Part shown: one piece after another, positions 39,046 through 51,330 of the stretch
Position numbering within the stretch: the first letter of the stretch is position 1
Layout: each line of letters starts with the position of its first letter
Assembly: GCA_038087875.1 (NCBI GenBank)
Contig: CM075988.1
Coordinates: 17,176,001 to 17,240,000, forward strand
Length of the DNA stretch: 64,000 bases
Direction of reading: 5' to 3'
Origin: Malacoraja senta
Taxonomy: Eukaryota
Translations under genes and position numbers: made by a program
Notes under the pieces: generated by a model
Databases searched by the model: none
What the model saw: the letters and a program-made list of their open reading frames with translations, nothing else
What the model was told of the DNA's origin: nothing

Positions 39046-41790
39046 TACACAAAAATGCTGGAGAAACTCAGCGGGTGCAGCAGCATCTATGGAGCGAAGG
39101 AAATAGGCAACGTTTCGGGCCGAAACCCTTCTTCAGACTGATAGGGGGTGGGGAGAAGAAAGGAAAAAAGGAAAAAAGGCGGAGGAGGAGCCCGAGGGCT
39201 GGGGGAGGGGAGGAGACGACCAGAGGGCTGATGAAGGGGAGGGGACAGCAAGGGCTAGCAGAATTGGGAGAATTCAATGTTCAAGCCCCCAGGATGTAGA
39301 CTGCCCAAGCGGAATATGAGGTGCATTTCCTCCAATTTCCGGTGTTGCTCGCTGTGGCCATGGAGGAGACCCAGGACAGAGAGGTCAGATACGGAATGGG
39401 AGGGGGAGTTGAAGTGCTGAGCCACCTGGAGGTCAGGTTGGTTATTGCGGACCGACCGGAGGTGTTCGGCGAAACGATCGCCAAGCCTCCGCTTGGTCTC
39501 ACCGATGTAGATCAGCTGGCATCTAGAGCAGCGGATGCAATAGATGAGGTTGGAGGAGATGCAGGTGAACCTCTGTCGCACCTGGAACGACTGCTTAGGT
39601 CCTTGAATGGAGTCGAGGAGGGAGGTGAAGGGACAAGTGTTGCATCTCTTGCGGTTGCAAGGGAAAGTACCCGGGGAGGGGGTGGTACGGGAGGGAAGGG
39701 AAGAATTGACAAGGGAGTTACGGAGGGAGCGGTCTTTGCGGAAGGCAGACATGGGGGGAGATGGGAAGATGTGGCGAGTGGTGGGGTCACGTTGGAGGTG
39801 GCGAAACCGACAGAGGATCACTTGTTGTATGTGACGGCTGGTGGGTTGAAAGGTGAGGACTAGGGGGACTCTGCCCTTGTTGTGAGTGGGGGGATGGGGA
39901 GATGGGGAGAGAGAGCAGTGTTGCGGGGTATGGCAGAGACCCTGGTGCGAGCCTCATCTATGGTGGAGGAGGGGAACCCCCGTTCCCTGAAGAATGAGGA
40001 CATTTCGGATGCCCTGGTGTGGAACGCCTCATCCTGGGAGCAGATGCGGCGTAGACGGAGGAATTGGGAGTGGGTGATGGAGTCCTTACAGGAAGCAGGG
40101 TGGGAAGAAGTGTAGTCCAGATAGCCATGGGAGTCGGTAGGTTTGTAGTGGATGTCGGTAAGAAGTCTATCACCTGCGATGGAGATAGTGAGGTCAAGGA
40201 ATGGTAGGGAAGTGTCGGAAATGGTCCAGGTGTATTTGAGTGCCGGATGGAAGTTGGTGGTGAAGCGGATGAAGTCAGTCAGTTGTGTGTGGGTGCAGGA
40301 TGTGGCACCAAAACAGTCATCGATGTAGCGGAGGTAGAGGTCGGGGATGGGGCCCTGGTACGCATTGAACAAGGATTGTTCTACGTACCCGACAAAGAGG
40401 CAGGTGTAGCTGGGGCCCATGCGTGTGCCCATAGCTACGCCTTGTATTTGGAGGAAATGGGAGGAGTCAAATGAGAAGTTATTGAGGGTAAGGACCAGCT
40501 CCGCTAGGCGGAGGAGGGTGTCGGTGGCCGGGTATAAGTTGCTTCTTCGGTCGAGGAAAAACCGGAGGGCTTCGAGACCATCCTGGTGGGGGATGGAGGT
40601 GTACAATGACTGGACGCCCATGGTGAAGATGAGGGGGTGAGGGCCTAGAGAGTGGAATGCGCGGAGTCGACGGAGAGTGTCTGAGGTGTCTTGAACATAG
40701 GGAGGGATTTAACCAAGGGGGATAGGATGGAGTCGAGGTGGGTGGAGATGAGTTCGGTGGGGCACGAACAGGCAGAGACAATGGGTCTACCGGGACAGTC
40801 AGGTTTGTGGATTTTGGGGAGAAGGTAAAAGCGGGCCGTGCGGGGCTGGGGAACGATGAGGTTGGAGGCTCGGTCGGGCAGGGAGTGGGAGTGGATGAAG
40901 TCGGTGATGGTGCTGGAGATGGTGGCCTGGTGCTCGTCAGTGGGGTCATGGTCCAGGGGTAAGTAGGAGGTGGTGTCCGAGAGTTGGCGCGTGGCCTCAG
41001 CTTTGTAGAGATCGACGCGCCAGACTACCACGGCACCTCCCTTGTCGGCGGGTTTGATAACCCAATCTAGGTTGTTGCGGAGTGAGTCGATGGCAGTGCG
41101 TTCAGGGGGATAAGATTGGAGTGAGACAGGGGAGTGGAGAAGTTGAGGCGGTTGATGTCACGGCGGCAGTTTTTGATGAAGAGTTCTAAAGCCGGAAGGC
41201 TACAAGGGGGGTTCCACGAGGAGGGGGTGCGTTGGAGACGGGAAAAGGGGTCATCAGTGGGGGGCGAGGACTCCTTCCCATGGAAGTGAGCTGTGAGGCG
41301 GAGGCGACGGTAGAAGCGTTCCAAGTCATGGAGGGCGCGGAACTCATTGAGGTGGGGACGGAGGGGGACAAAGGTAAGACCTCTGCTGAGGACAGGCCGT
41401 TCGATGTCGGAGAGGGGGAGGTCGGGGGGGATGGTGAACACCCGGCAGGGATGGGGGTTGGGGCCGGAGGAAGGCAGGTGGACGGAATGGGGACGAGGCA
41501 ATGTGTGGTGGGTGGGGGGGTGAGAGGGCTGTAGTGTGGGTGGGGAAGAGAAGGGGTCCCATAGTTGGAGAAGGATGGGGAAGAATCAATGGAACTAACA
41601 CTGAGGTAACCAGGGCTAGGCAGACTAGCACTAGGACCCAGTGGAGTCAAACCCAGGGGAGTGGGAGTGAGCAGCGTGGAGGCTTCAGGCCCAGTACAGA
41701 GACCAGTCTGAAGAAGGGTCTCGACCCAAAACGTCACCCATTCCTTTTCTCCAGAGATGCTGAGTTACTCCAGCTTTTTGTATCTATCTA
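39046..41790 (-). mobile_element. Penelope-like retroelement (probably Neptune group), near full length, frameshifted
   Basis: Collinear ORF pieces: LSRGLTFVP (41067-41501); IKPADKGGAVVVW, FYLLPKIHK and PGRPIVS (40645-41065); GVAMGTRMGPSY and YLRYIDDCF (39860-40621); CNRKRCNTC linker and GIY-YIG LIYCIRC..IYIGETKRRLGDRFAEH (39255-39821). 3' pLTR at 39046-39145 and inverted pLTR at 41703-41790. Confidence 0.93.
39109..39136 (-). ncRNA. Minimal type I hammerhead-ribozyme-like motif in the PLE 3' repeat
   Basis: CTGAAGA-A-GGGT(TTCG)GCCC-GAAA-C-GTT: CUGANGA and GAAA boxes, stem II, palindromic AACGTT stem III. Stem I is only about 2 bp, so activity is uncertain. Confidence 0.6.
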
Positions 41791-42096
41791 CGAATTTCTA
41801 AGCTTGATTGAGCATCTTCTGTGATCGCACTGATGATATGAAATCAACAATGCCACATTAACCCATGACAACTGTAATCCCAATCGCATTGCATTAAACC
41901 CAGAACCACTTGGATCCAAATGTTAATTGACAGTTGCTCAGCTTGAAAGAGATTCCCTCTTTCATCAGTTTCATGTTCCATTATTTAATTCTACAATACT
42001 TATAATACTGTGTGGTTGTGGTCTCCATGTTATATTGGTGTTGGTGTTGTTGTTCATCATTTGTTCTCCAGCAAGAACAAAGCATCTAGTCTTTGA

Positions 42097-43567
42097 TCAT
42101 TGAGAAAGTTGTCCTCCAGCAACTTAATCACTTCCTGGCTTCAACTGGCTGCTACGACAACTTCCAGTCAGGATTTCGACCTCTTCATAGCACTGAGACC
42201 GCCCTTATTAAAGTTGTAAACGACATCCGTCTTAACACAGACTCTGGCAAAGTTTAAATATTAATGCTATTAGACCTCAGTGCTGCATTCGACACTGTTG
42301 ATCACTCAATACTTTTGGACAGGTTGGAAAAATGGGTGGGGCTTTCAGGCACAGTCTTAAGTTGGTTCAGGTCATATCTACAAGATAGGAACTGTTTTGT
42401 TTCCATTGGCGACTTTGTATCAGAACCAACCAACGTGATGTATGGAGTCCCACAAGGTTCGATCTTAGGGCCCTCTTTATTCAACATCTACATGCTCCCA
42501 CTAGGGCAAATCATGCGAAATAATAATATTGACCACCACTGCTATGCCGATGACACTCAAATCTATGTAGCGCTATCACCAAATGACTATCGCCCCATAG
42601 ATCTGCTGTGCCAGTGCATTGAGCAAGTCAAAGACTGGATGTGCCAAAATTTCCTCCAACTAAATAAGGACAAAACGGAGATAATTGTTTTTGGTGCTAA
42701 AAAAGAAAGGCTTAAAGTAACCCAACACCTTCACTCTCTGTCCCTGAAAACTTCAAACAAAGCCAGAAATTTCGGGGTTATTATGGATTCAGATTTACAT
42801 TTCGACAGTCACATCAAATCAGTAACAAAATCGGCCTACTATCACCTCAAAAACATAGCAAGACTAAGAGGACTCATGTCAGCTCAAGACTTAGAAAAAC
42901 TTGTACATGCCTTTATTACTAGTAGGCTAGATTATTGTAACGGTCTCCTTGCAGGTCTTCTGAAAAAAACTGTCAGGCAGCTACAGCTTGTTCAGAACGC
43001 TGTTGCTAGAGTTCTAACAAAGACCACAAAATTTGAGCACATTACACCAATTCTTAAATCCTTACATTGGCTCTCTGTATGTCAGAGAATTGATTTCAAA
43101 ATCCTGCTGCTCACCTATAAATCACTACATGGTTTAGGGCCAAAGTATATCACTGACATGCTTCCACTATATAAGCCTTCTAGACCGCTAAGATCTTCTG
43201 AGACCAATCTGTTAGTGATTCCCAGAGTAAATACAAAACATGGGAAAGCAGGATTTAGTTACTATGCAACAAATAGCTGGAATAAACTTCCTGAAGATTT
43301 AAGACTTGCCCCTACTTTCACCACTTTTAAAACAAGACTGAAAACTTTTATGTTTACTTTAGCTTTCAGCTAAATCTTAACTCCATTGCACTTTTAACTT
43401 TTGCACTTTTCTATAATGCATTTTTAACTTTGCTTTTATTTTATTTTAATTCTTCTATTTTATTTCATTTCATTATTTCATTTTATTGTATGACATGTTT
43501 TTATGTGAAGCACTTTGAGTCTGCCTCGTGTATGAAATGTGCTATATAAATAAAGTTGCAGTTGCAG
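42097..43567 (+). mobile_element. L2 LINE, 5'-truncated, with open 369-aa RT C-terminal ORF (42264-43373)
   Basis: QSGFRPLHSTETAL, LLDLSAAFDTVDH, GVPQGSILGP, YADDTQIY, ITSRLDYCN; tail TGCTATATAAATAAA-(GTTGCA)2. Confidence 0.93.
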
Positions 43568-44023
43568 TAGTCTGTAGTGTTGTAATATGTATAGTGGTGG
43601 GTGATGAGACCCATTTGGTCTCAGAAAATTCCTTCCTCAGAGTTGCCAGAGGTGGAGGCAGATACGATATTGACATTTAACAGGCACATGGATATGCAGA
43701 GTATGTAGGGATAGATCAAGTAGAGGCAGAGAAGCCATGTTCGCACAGACAACGTGGGCTGAAGGGCCTGTTCCTGTGCTGTGCTGTTCTTTGTTCCATG
43801 TTCTTCCTCATATGAACAAGCACCGTGTTATATAAAGCTTCTATATGGTGTTTCTGTACAACTATGTTACATAGAAGCATGAGCAAAGATGCAAAAACAA
43901 ATGTCAACTCAGAAATTAACCCTTTAGATATACTTAACAATCAGTGGCTCTTTTTGTGTGTTGATCTATGACATTATGAAAGGTAATGGTAGTGGTGGAC
44001 AATATTTTTATATTTTTCCAGTT

Positions 44024-45207
44024 AAGTCAAGTCAAGTCAAGTCACATTTATTTATATAGCACATTTAAAAAAACAACTCTCGTTGGCCAAAGTGCTTTAC
44101 ATTTGTTATAAGAATAATATAAACAAACAAACTACATACATATATACATATAGCCCTCGCTCAGAGGATGTCAAGAAAGGCTTGGGAGTATAGATACGTT
44201 TTTAGTCTTGACTTAAAGGAGTCGATGGAGGGGACAGTTCTGATGGGAAGGGGGATGCTGTTCCACAGTCTAGGAGCTGCAACCACAAAGGCGCGGTCGC
44301 CCCTGAGCTTATGCCTAGACCGCGGGATATTCAGCAACCCCAAGTCGGCCGATCTGAGGGACCTGGAGGTGGAGTGGTGGGTGAGAAGACTTTTAATGTA
44401 GGTGGGGGCAAGCCCATTGAGGGCTTTGTAGACATAGAGGAGGATCTTGAAATGTATACAGAACTGCACAGGGAGCCAGTGGAGAGAGGCCAGGATCAGG
44501 GTGATGTGGTCCCTTTCTCGTGTGCCCGTCAGGAGTCTCGCTGCGGCGTTTTGGACCAGTTGCAGGCGGGACAGGGAAGATTGGCTGATGGTTGCAGTAA
44601 TCTAGGCGGGAGGAGATAAATGTGTGGATGATCTTTTCGAGGTCCTCAAAGTGGAGGAATTGTTTTATTTTAGCTATCGTCCGAAGCTGAAAGAAGCTAG
44701 CTTTTACCACGGCATTGACTTGTTTGTCAAATTTCAGTGCTGAGTCAAATATCACGCCAAGGTTTTTGACGTGAGGTTTGAGTAGTGGGGTAAGGCTTCC
44801 AAGGCTGCCTGCTATCATTTTGATTGAGTCAGAGGGGCCGAGAAGGATGACCTCAGACTTACTCTCGTTTAGTTGGAGGAAGTTCTGGGCCATCCAACAC
44901 TTTATATCCTCGAGGCAGCGGGTAAGGTTAAGCAGATTTGATTGTTTTTTGGGCTTCAGGGGGAGATAGAGTTGTGTATCGTCTGCGTAGTAATGGAAGG
45001 AAATGCCGTGCCTTTCAATGACTTGGCCTAAGGGGAGCATATACAGGGAGAAGAGAATGGGGCCAAGGATGGAGATTAGCTGGGGAGGAGAAAGAGTTGC
45101 CTATGTTAGTCGAGAAACTCCTACCTTTGAGGTAGGAGATGAACCAGCTCAGGGCAGTGCCATCAATACCAACCCCGTACCGGAGACGGTCAATTAGGAT
45201 GGTGTTA
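44024..45207 (-). mobile_element. L2 LINE, second family, 5'-truncated with internal deletions
   Basis: YADDTQLY, NFLQLNESKSE, FISSRLDYCN; (GACTT)n tail. Confidence 0.92.
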
Positions 45208-47805
45208 AGGACAAGATTGGAGCCAGAGGACATAAATGCATGGTCACTTATAAATCCAGCATGGATATTCTGAACTAATCTATGACCCGGAAAGTGGTGA
45301 GAGAATGGAATTAATTCAATGGATAATTGAGGTGTTTATCATGAACATGTGTGCTTGCCTCACTTCCCCTTGTAAGGGAGTATAGGGGGAGACATATGCT
45401 CATAAATGGGTGAAATGTGGATTATAAACACCAGTGTGACTCTGCTGTCTGAAATGGTTATAGAGTGATACAGTGAAGAAGTAGGCCCTTCGGCTCAACT
45501 TGCCCACACCGGCCAACATGTCCCAGCTGCACTAGTCCCCCCTGCCTGCGCTTGGTCCAGATCCCTCCAAACCTGTCCTATCCATGTACCTGTCTAACTG
45601 TTTCTTAAACGTTGGGATAGTCCCAGCCTCAACTACCTCATCTGGCAGCTTGTTCCGTACTCCCACCACCCTTTGTTGCTGTGCCGTCACCTGCTTCAGA
45701 GGGTGTGCTGTGAAGTTTCGCCAGACCGTGTATGAGGAGAAACCGAGAAAGGAACGAGTGGTAAGCTCATGGAAAGTGGGTTCAATTTGAGGATTTACAT
45801 GGAGAAGGTTTCCCCTGGCAGAGGAATTTAGAACCAGGGATCAAAGTCTTAAAATAAGGGTAGGCCATTTATTATGGATATGAGGAGAATGTCTTCAGTT
45901 AATGGAGGATGAATCTTGGAAATTTTCTACTGAGAGGCCTTTGGACGCACAATCATTAAGTTCATTGGGAATCAAGGGATATGAGATAGAGCAGGAAAAA
46001 GTTATCTAGGGAAGATCAGAATCACCTATCCATATTCTCCAGAGGTGCTGCTTGACCTGCAGAGTTACTCCAGCTCTTTGTGTCCTTTTGAGGGAAGATC
46101 AGCTTGATTTTGTTGATTGGCAGGCCATGCTCAAGGGGCTGAACAACTTACTCCTGCTCCTATATACACTTCCTTGTCTGGTGGTGAGCATCTGTAAAAT
46201 GATAGTTTATGATTATGATATTATGACATGATCATTATTGTAACATGTAGTATGGTTAATCAAAAAATTCCCTCGCCTATATCCACCTATCACTTGCCAG
46301 GCTTTGTTCCAACCCCACCTCTTTTTTACCTTCCTCTCCTCAACTGCAATCAGTCTGAAGAAGCGTCCCGACAAAAACATCACCCATCCACGTCTTCCAT
46401 AGATGCTGCTAGACCCGTGGAGTTACTCCAGCGTTTTGTGGCTTTTTCTGTGTAATGTGATAGGAATGTGCTTCACTTAAGTCAGTGAAAATATCCAAAA
46501 ATGCTCTTTGAAGGAACACAGTCGACTATTCCTCAGTCCGCAGCTGATATTTGTTCCTCACCCAACACCTAAACTTACATGAACTCGTCATTCATCCCAC
46601 TGTGAGGCCTTTTCAGCCGCGCAATAGTTTGATTGGGTAACATCAATGGCTGCACTTCAAAAGTAATTTTATTTGGCTCTGCAACACTCTTGGCAGGTTC
46701 TCAGGATATGAGTGGGGCTGGAGAAGTATGTCTTTCCTTCCCTTGTCCCTCCCATCCTTCCTCATTTTGTGTTTATTACATCCGGCTGCAATGTGGTGAT
46801 GCAACTGGACTAGTCACCCATAGGCTTCACGAGAACATGGGTTCAAAACTCTCTATTTCAGCTTTAAAATGGAAATTCAACTTCAAAAAAAGCTCCCAAA
46901 ATGTGTTTAAAAAGCTGTTTGGAATGAAAGGTGCCACAAATCTGTTTGACTCGTATTCTGAAAAAAGCAAAGATAGACGCAAAGTGCTGCAGTAATTCAG
47001 TGGTTCAGGCAGCATCTCCGTGGAAAAAGAATGGGTGATGTTTTGGGTCGGGACCCTTCAGCCATGTTGGTAAAAAAGCAATTTAATTAATGTAGAAACA
47101 AGGAACTGAAGATGCTGGTTTAGCAAGGAAAGAGACAAAGTGCTGGAGTAACTCAGCAGCTCAGGCAGCATCCATGGAGAACATGGATGTCAGCCATGTT
47201 GAAGAAGGGTCCTGACCCAAAACATCACCTATTCCTATTCACCAGTGATGCCGCCTGAAACGCTGAGTTACTCCAGCATTTTGTGTCCTTCCTGTTCAAT
47301 TAATGTTCTTCTGGAGAGGGAGCCCGTGGTCTTTACCCAGAATGGCATATCTCAAGTTGGCACTTGTGTTGTTTGCCCTCTGATCTGAGATCATAAGCCA
47401 CCTCTGCCAGTTATGCAAGAAAGAAGCCCACAGTCAACTTTCTTAAATGTAGATGATCTCATTGAAACATTCATAAGGCTTCCAGAGCTTGTCTGGGTGG
47501 ATGCAGTGATGATGTCTCACGTGGCTGGGGAGTATATAGACCTAGAAATCTGAAACTCAAAGTAAATGGTCAGGATTGAGACGGAAAAGCATTACTTCAC
47601 TCAAGGGTGGTAAATCTATAGAATGCTTTACTCAGTAGGCCTGGGGTGTTACTAAGTATATTCAAGTAAGTGATCTATTGATTATTGGATGTTAAAGCAA
47701 TCAAGGGATTTAGGTTTAAATGCAAAAAAGTGGTTCTGAAAGGAAGGATCAGCTGTAAATAGCAGAGGAGGCATGAGTGGCTGAATGGCCTACTTTTGTT
47801 ATTGC

Positions 47806-48080
47806 GGGTGGCACAACGGCACAGCGGTAGAGTTGTTGCCTTGCAGCACCAGGGATGCAGGTTCGATGTCACTATGGTTGCTGTCTATACGGAGTTTGTA
47901 TGTTCTCCCTGTGACCGTGTGGGTTTTCTCCGGGTGCTCCAGTTTCCTACACATTCCAAAGACGTGCAAGTTTGTAGGTTAATTGGTTTCGATAAATTGT
48001 CCCTGGTATATAGGATAGATGTGATTGGGGCGGAGGTGTCTCGGTGGGCCGAGGGGCCTGTTTTCATGCTGTATCTCTAT
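47806..48080 (+). mobile_element. tRNA-derived V-SINE-like element
   Basis: A-box-like GGCACAGCGG, B-box GGTTCGAT, central GGAGTTTGTATGTTCTCCCTGTGACCGTGTGGGTTTTCTCCGGGTGCTCC and CR1-like tail. Confidence 0.8.
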
Positions 48081-48427
48081 ATTAAACAAATTCTCTAATT
48101 CTCATGTTCTGCCTTACCAATAACACTAGTATTAAACATTAAAACAATTAGAAAGCTGTAGTACGGGTTGTTATAATGAATAGAGCAAGTACAACGCTGA
48201 GTTAGGAGTAATGCTGGTGCCCTGCAAGAAGCAGATGGTCTGAAATTCAAATTTTGCTTCAGTGAATTGGAAATTGTGTGCTTAATAAACCCAACATTAA
48301 TGGTAACAGATTCTGTTTTAGAAAACCATGTGTCAAAAGTCTTGAGAGCCCGCTTCTTATGCAGATCCATGTATGAAACCATCGGTTAATTTGGGAAGTG
48401 TTACTGCAAACCTCGTCTTGTTTTTGC

Positions 48428-48953
48428 TCTGCAGCTCTGTAGCCGCAAGCTTAGAGATAGTGATATAACAGATCCGCATGCAGCCCAGCAGGGGTGATTT
48501 GTGCAATCAGCTTTAAAAACGACATTTGCCACTATACAAGCAGTACTCTTCCAGTTTCAGGGGGCATTGCTATTGAATGGATGCTGGGAGAGGGTCCTCA
48601 AAGGGGCAGAGGGACGTAGCCAGGCTGATGAAGAGCAGGACATGTTGGTGGGATGTTTTGTTTTGTGCTTTAGGATTCCAGGAAGACAGTCTATGGTGAC
48701 AGTCTAGAGCTTCTGGCAGGAGGGTGCTTGAGAATCTAGGTATCTCTGTCCCTTTAGAAGCATTCTATAAGCCACTCCCAAAATTGCAGCATCCATTCAG
48801 TAGCAGCCCCCCCCCCCCCCCCCTCTGAAACTGGAAATGTTGCTTGTATAGTGTCATGTCCTTTTAAAAGCTGGTTGCAAAGATCACCCCTGCTGGGTGG
48901 CACGTGGATCTATTATATCACCATCTCTAAGCTTGGCACTACAGAGCTGTAGA
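48428..48953. mobile_element. Diverged MITE-like element with about 160-bp imperfect inverted arms
   Basis: 48428-48587 and 48788-48953 are reverse-complementary (CAGCTCTGTAG, AAGCTTAGAGAT, CCCAGCAGGGGTGAT, CACTATACAAGCA, TTCCAGTTTCAG, TGAATGGATGCTG). Confidence 0.65.
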
Positions 48954-50779
48954 ATGAAATCAAGATAAGGTTTCTAATATCACCTTGCAAATTAACCAAA
49001 GGGTTCATACATAGAGTCATGGGACATGAGTCGTAGAGTAATACAGCATCGAAACAGGCCCTCCGGTCCAACTCTTCCATGTCTATTCCATCGAGTGAGC
49101 ACCCACCAGCAATCCCCATACACTAGCACTATTCTACACACTAGGAACAATTTACAATTTTGACCAAAGCCAATTAACTTACAAACTTGTACGGCTTTGG
49201 AGTGTGGTAGGAAACCGGAGATCCCGGAGAAAACTGTTGAGTTTCAAAAAAGTCTTAAAATGTAAAATAATTAAGGATTATAATGTAAAATGATTAAAAT
49301 GTAAAATAAGTAAGGATTACAATTTAGAGTAAATGTTATTCTTTTTCTTTCCTTTGTAATGCTGATATTCTGGGTTATCTTATGGATTGTATAGGATAGG
49401 CAAAAATAAGTTTTGTGGCTTCAGCCTATTCCTTTTTCGGTCATTGATTATGTGAACGTTGTGTGTAATGGATTCAGTTTTGGTTCATATTCACACAGAT
49501 TGTAAAGTTTTGTTCTTTTTAATGTATGACCGAAATAAACCATTCATTCATTCAAAACCAAGGCGGTCACAGGTAAAATCTCCGTACAGGCAGCATCCGT
49601 AGTCAGGATTGAACCCGGGTCGCTGGTGCTGTAAGGCAGCAACTCTCGCTCTGCAACACCGTGCCACCCCTTCATGGAAATGTCGGAAATTGCAATTTTA
49701 CAAGAACGCACTAACTGATGAATCCAGGACAATTTTCGTCTCTGACAAAGAACTGCAGCATTCGATGTATGTTGCGTGAGTTGATTGACCTAAAACTCTA
49801 CACTAGAGGGAAATTAAAGAAAGCTGCTACTTGAATTGCCGACTACAAGTTTGGAGTATCTTTCTCCCACAGGACTGTAGCTTGTCTTTTTCTGTGTGAA
49901 AGGTTTAAGATGTCCTAAAATAGATGTGAAGTGTAAATGTAAGTCTTACTTTACATGGAATTATGCTAAGTTCTTTATTGATAAGAATTAGTTGGAAGAA
50001 ATCCATGGGTGGTAATTCAATATTTTATAGGAAGGAAACTACTCAGGATAAATAAGCGATGAGGCCATTTGGCCTGTGCCGTCTGTACCAACTCTTTACC
50101 AGAGTACTTGGAAACAGAGAAAATAGGTGCAGGAGTAGGCCATTCGGCACTTCGGGCCAGCACTGCAATTCAATATGATCATGGCTGAGCATCCAAAATC
50201 AGAAATTCCTGCTTTCTCCTCATATCCCTTGATTCTGTTAGCCCTATCTAACTCTAGATCTATATAGCGCTATAGAGCTATATCTAACTCTCTCTTGAAT
50301 ACTTCACTAGTTCCACCCACTTTACCCTTTCTTTGAAGTCTAGTCAATTTTCTTTGTTTATCCAATTTCCTCTGCAAGTTCACAATGGAAACCGCCTCCA
50401 CCACATCTGATGACAGTGTGTTCCAGATTCCAATCATACGTTGCACAAAAATAGTTCATCCTCATGTCACTCTTCATGCTCTTCCACTTTTATTTCATGC
50501 CTGTGACTTGGTCCACAAACACAACACCAAGGGCAACAGCCTCCCACGATCAATTCTGTCCAGACCCCTCATTAGTTCTTTGTGTACCTGTACAGTGTGG
50601 ATGACTCAATTGTAATCACGTATCTTTCTGCTGACTGGTTAGCACGCAACAAAAGATTTTCACTGTACCTTGGTACACGTGGCATTAACTAAACTAAATT
50701 AGTTTACATACTTCTAGCACTTCCACCCTTAGACTTCTCTGAAGTAAACTCTTTCGTACAGACCCAGCTTCTAGAATAC

Positions 50780-51330
50780 ATCCTTCTAACTCTGGTCCCT
50801 CATTCCAGGAGCCATTTCTGTACATCTTTTCTGGACTCTCTTAACGTCCTCATCCTTCCACATGTGAGGCAACTAGAATTGAGCATGATCTTCCAATCAA
50901 GGTTTGAAGTATCCAGTGTTTCATAAAGGTTCAGCATGACCATCATGCATTTACACTCTATGCCTCTATTGGTAAAAGCACGGCATTGAATACACTTTAT
51001 GAACCGTGTTTTCATCCTGTCCTGTCATTCTCAATGATTTGTGCCCCCATGTCCACCAGTTAGTTCCCTTGCCTCCAGCACCCGTGTCAGGACACTATAT
51101 TCTATATTGCCTCTCCTCAATCTTCATACATAACGTCTTATCTCACATTTTTCTGCATTAAACCTCATCTGCCACGTATCTGCCCACTCCTCCAGCCCTT
51201 GTATATCCTTCAGCAATCTTTCATCATCCATTTCACAGTGCACAACGCTGCCACGTTTTGCGTCATCTGCAAACTTAAAAATTGTGACTTGCACCTTCAA
51301 GCCTGGATCATTAATATAGATAAAACTGAA
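50780..51330 (-). mobile_element. Old CR1 LINE RT fragment
   Basis: IYINDPGL..IFKFADDAK...WADTWQMRFNAEKCE. Confidence 0.75.

Noticed and set aside
39255..41501. Currently autonomous PLE
   Set aside because: ORF is split by at least three frameshifts, although sequencing errors in homopolymers cannot be excluded.
47806..47885. tRNA gene
   Set aside because: A/B boxes belong to a SINE head; no full cloverleaf.
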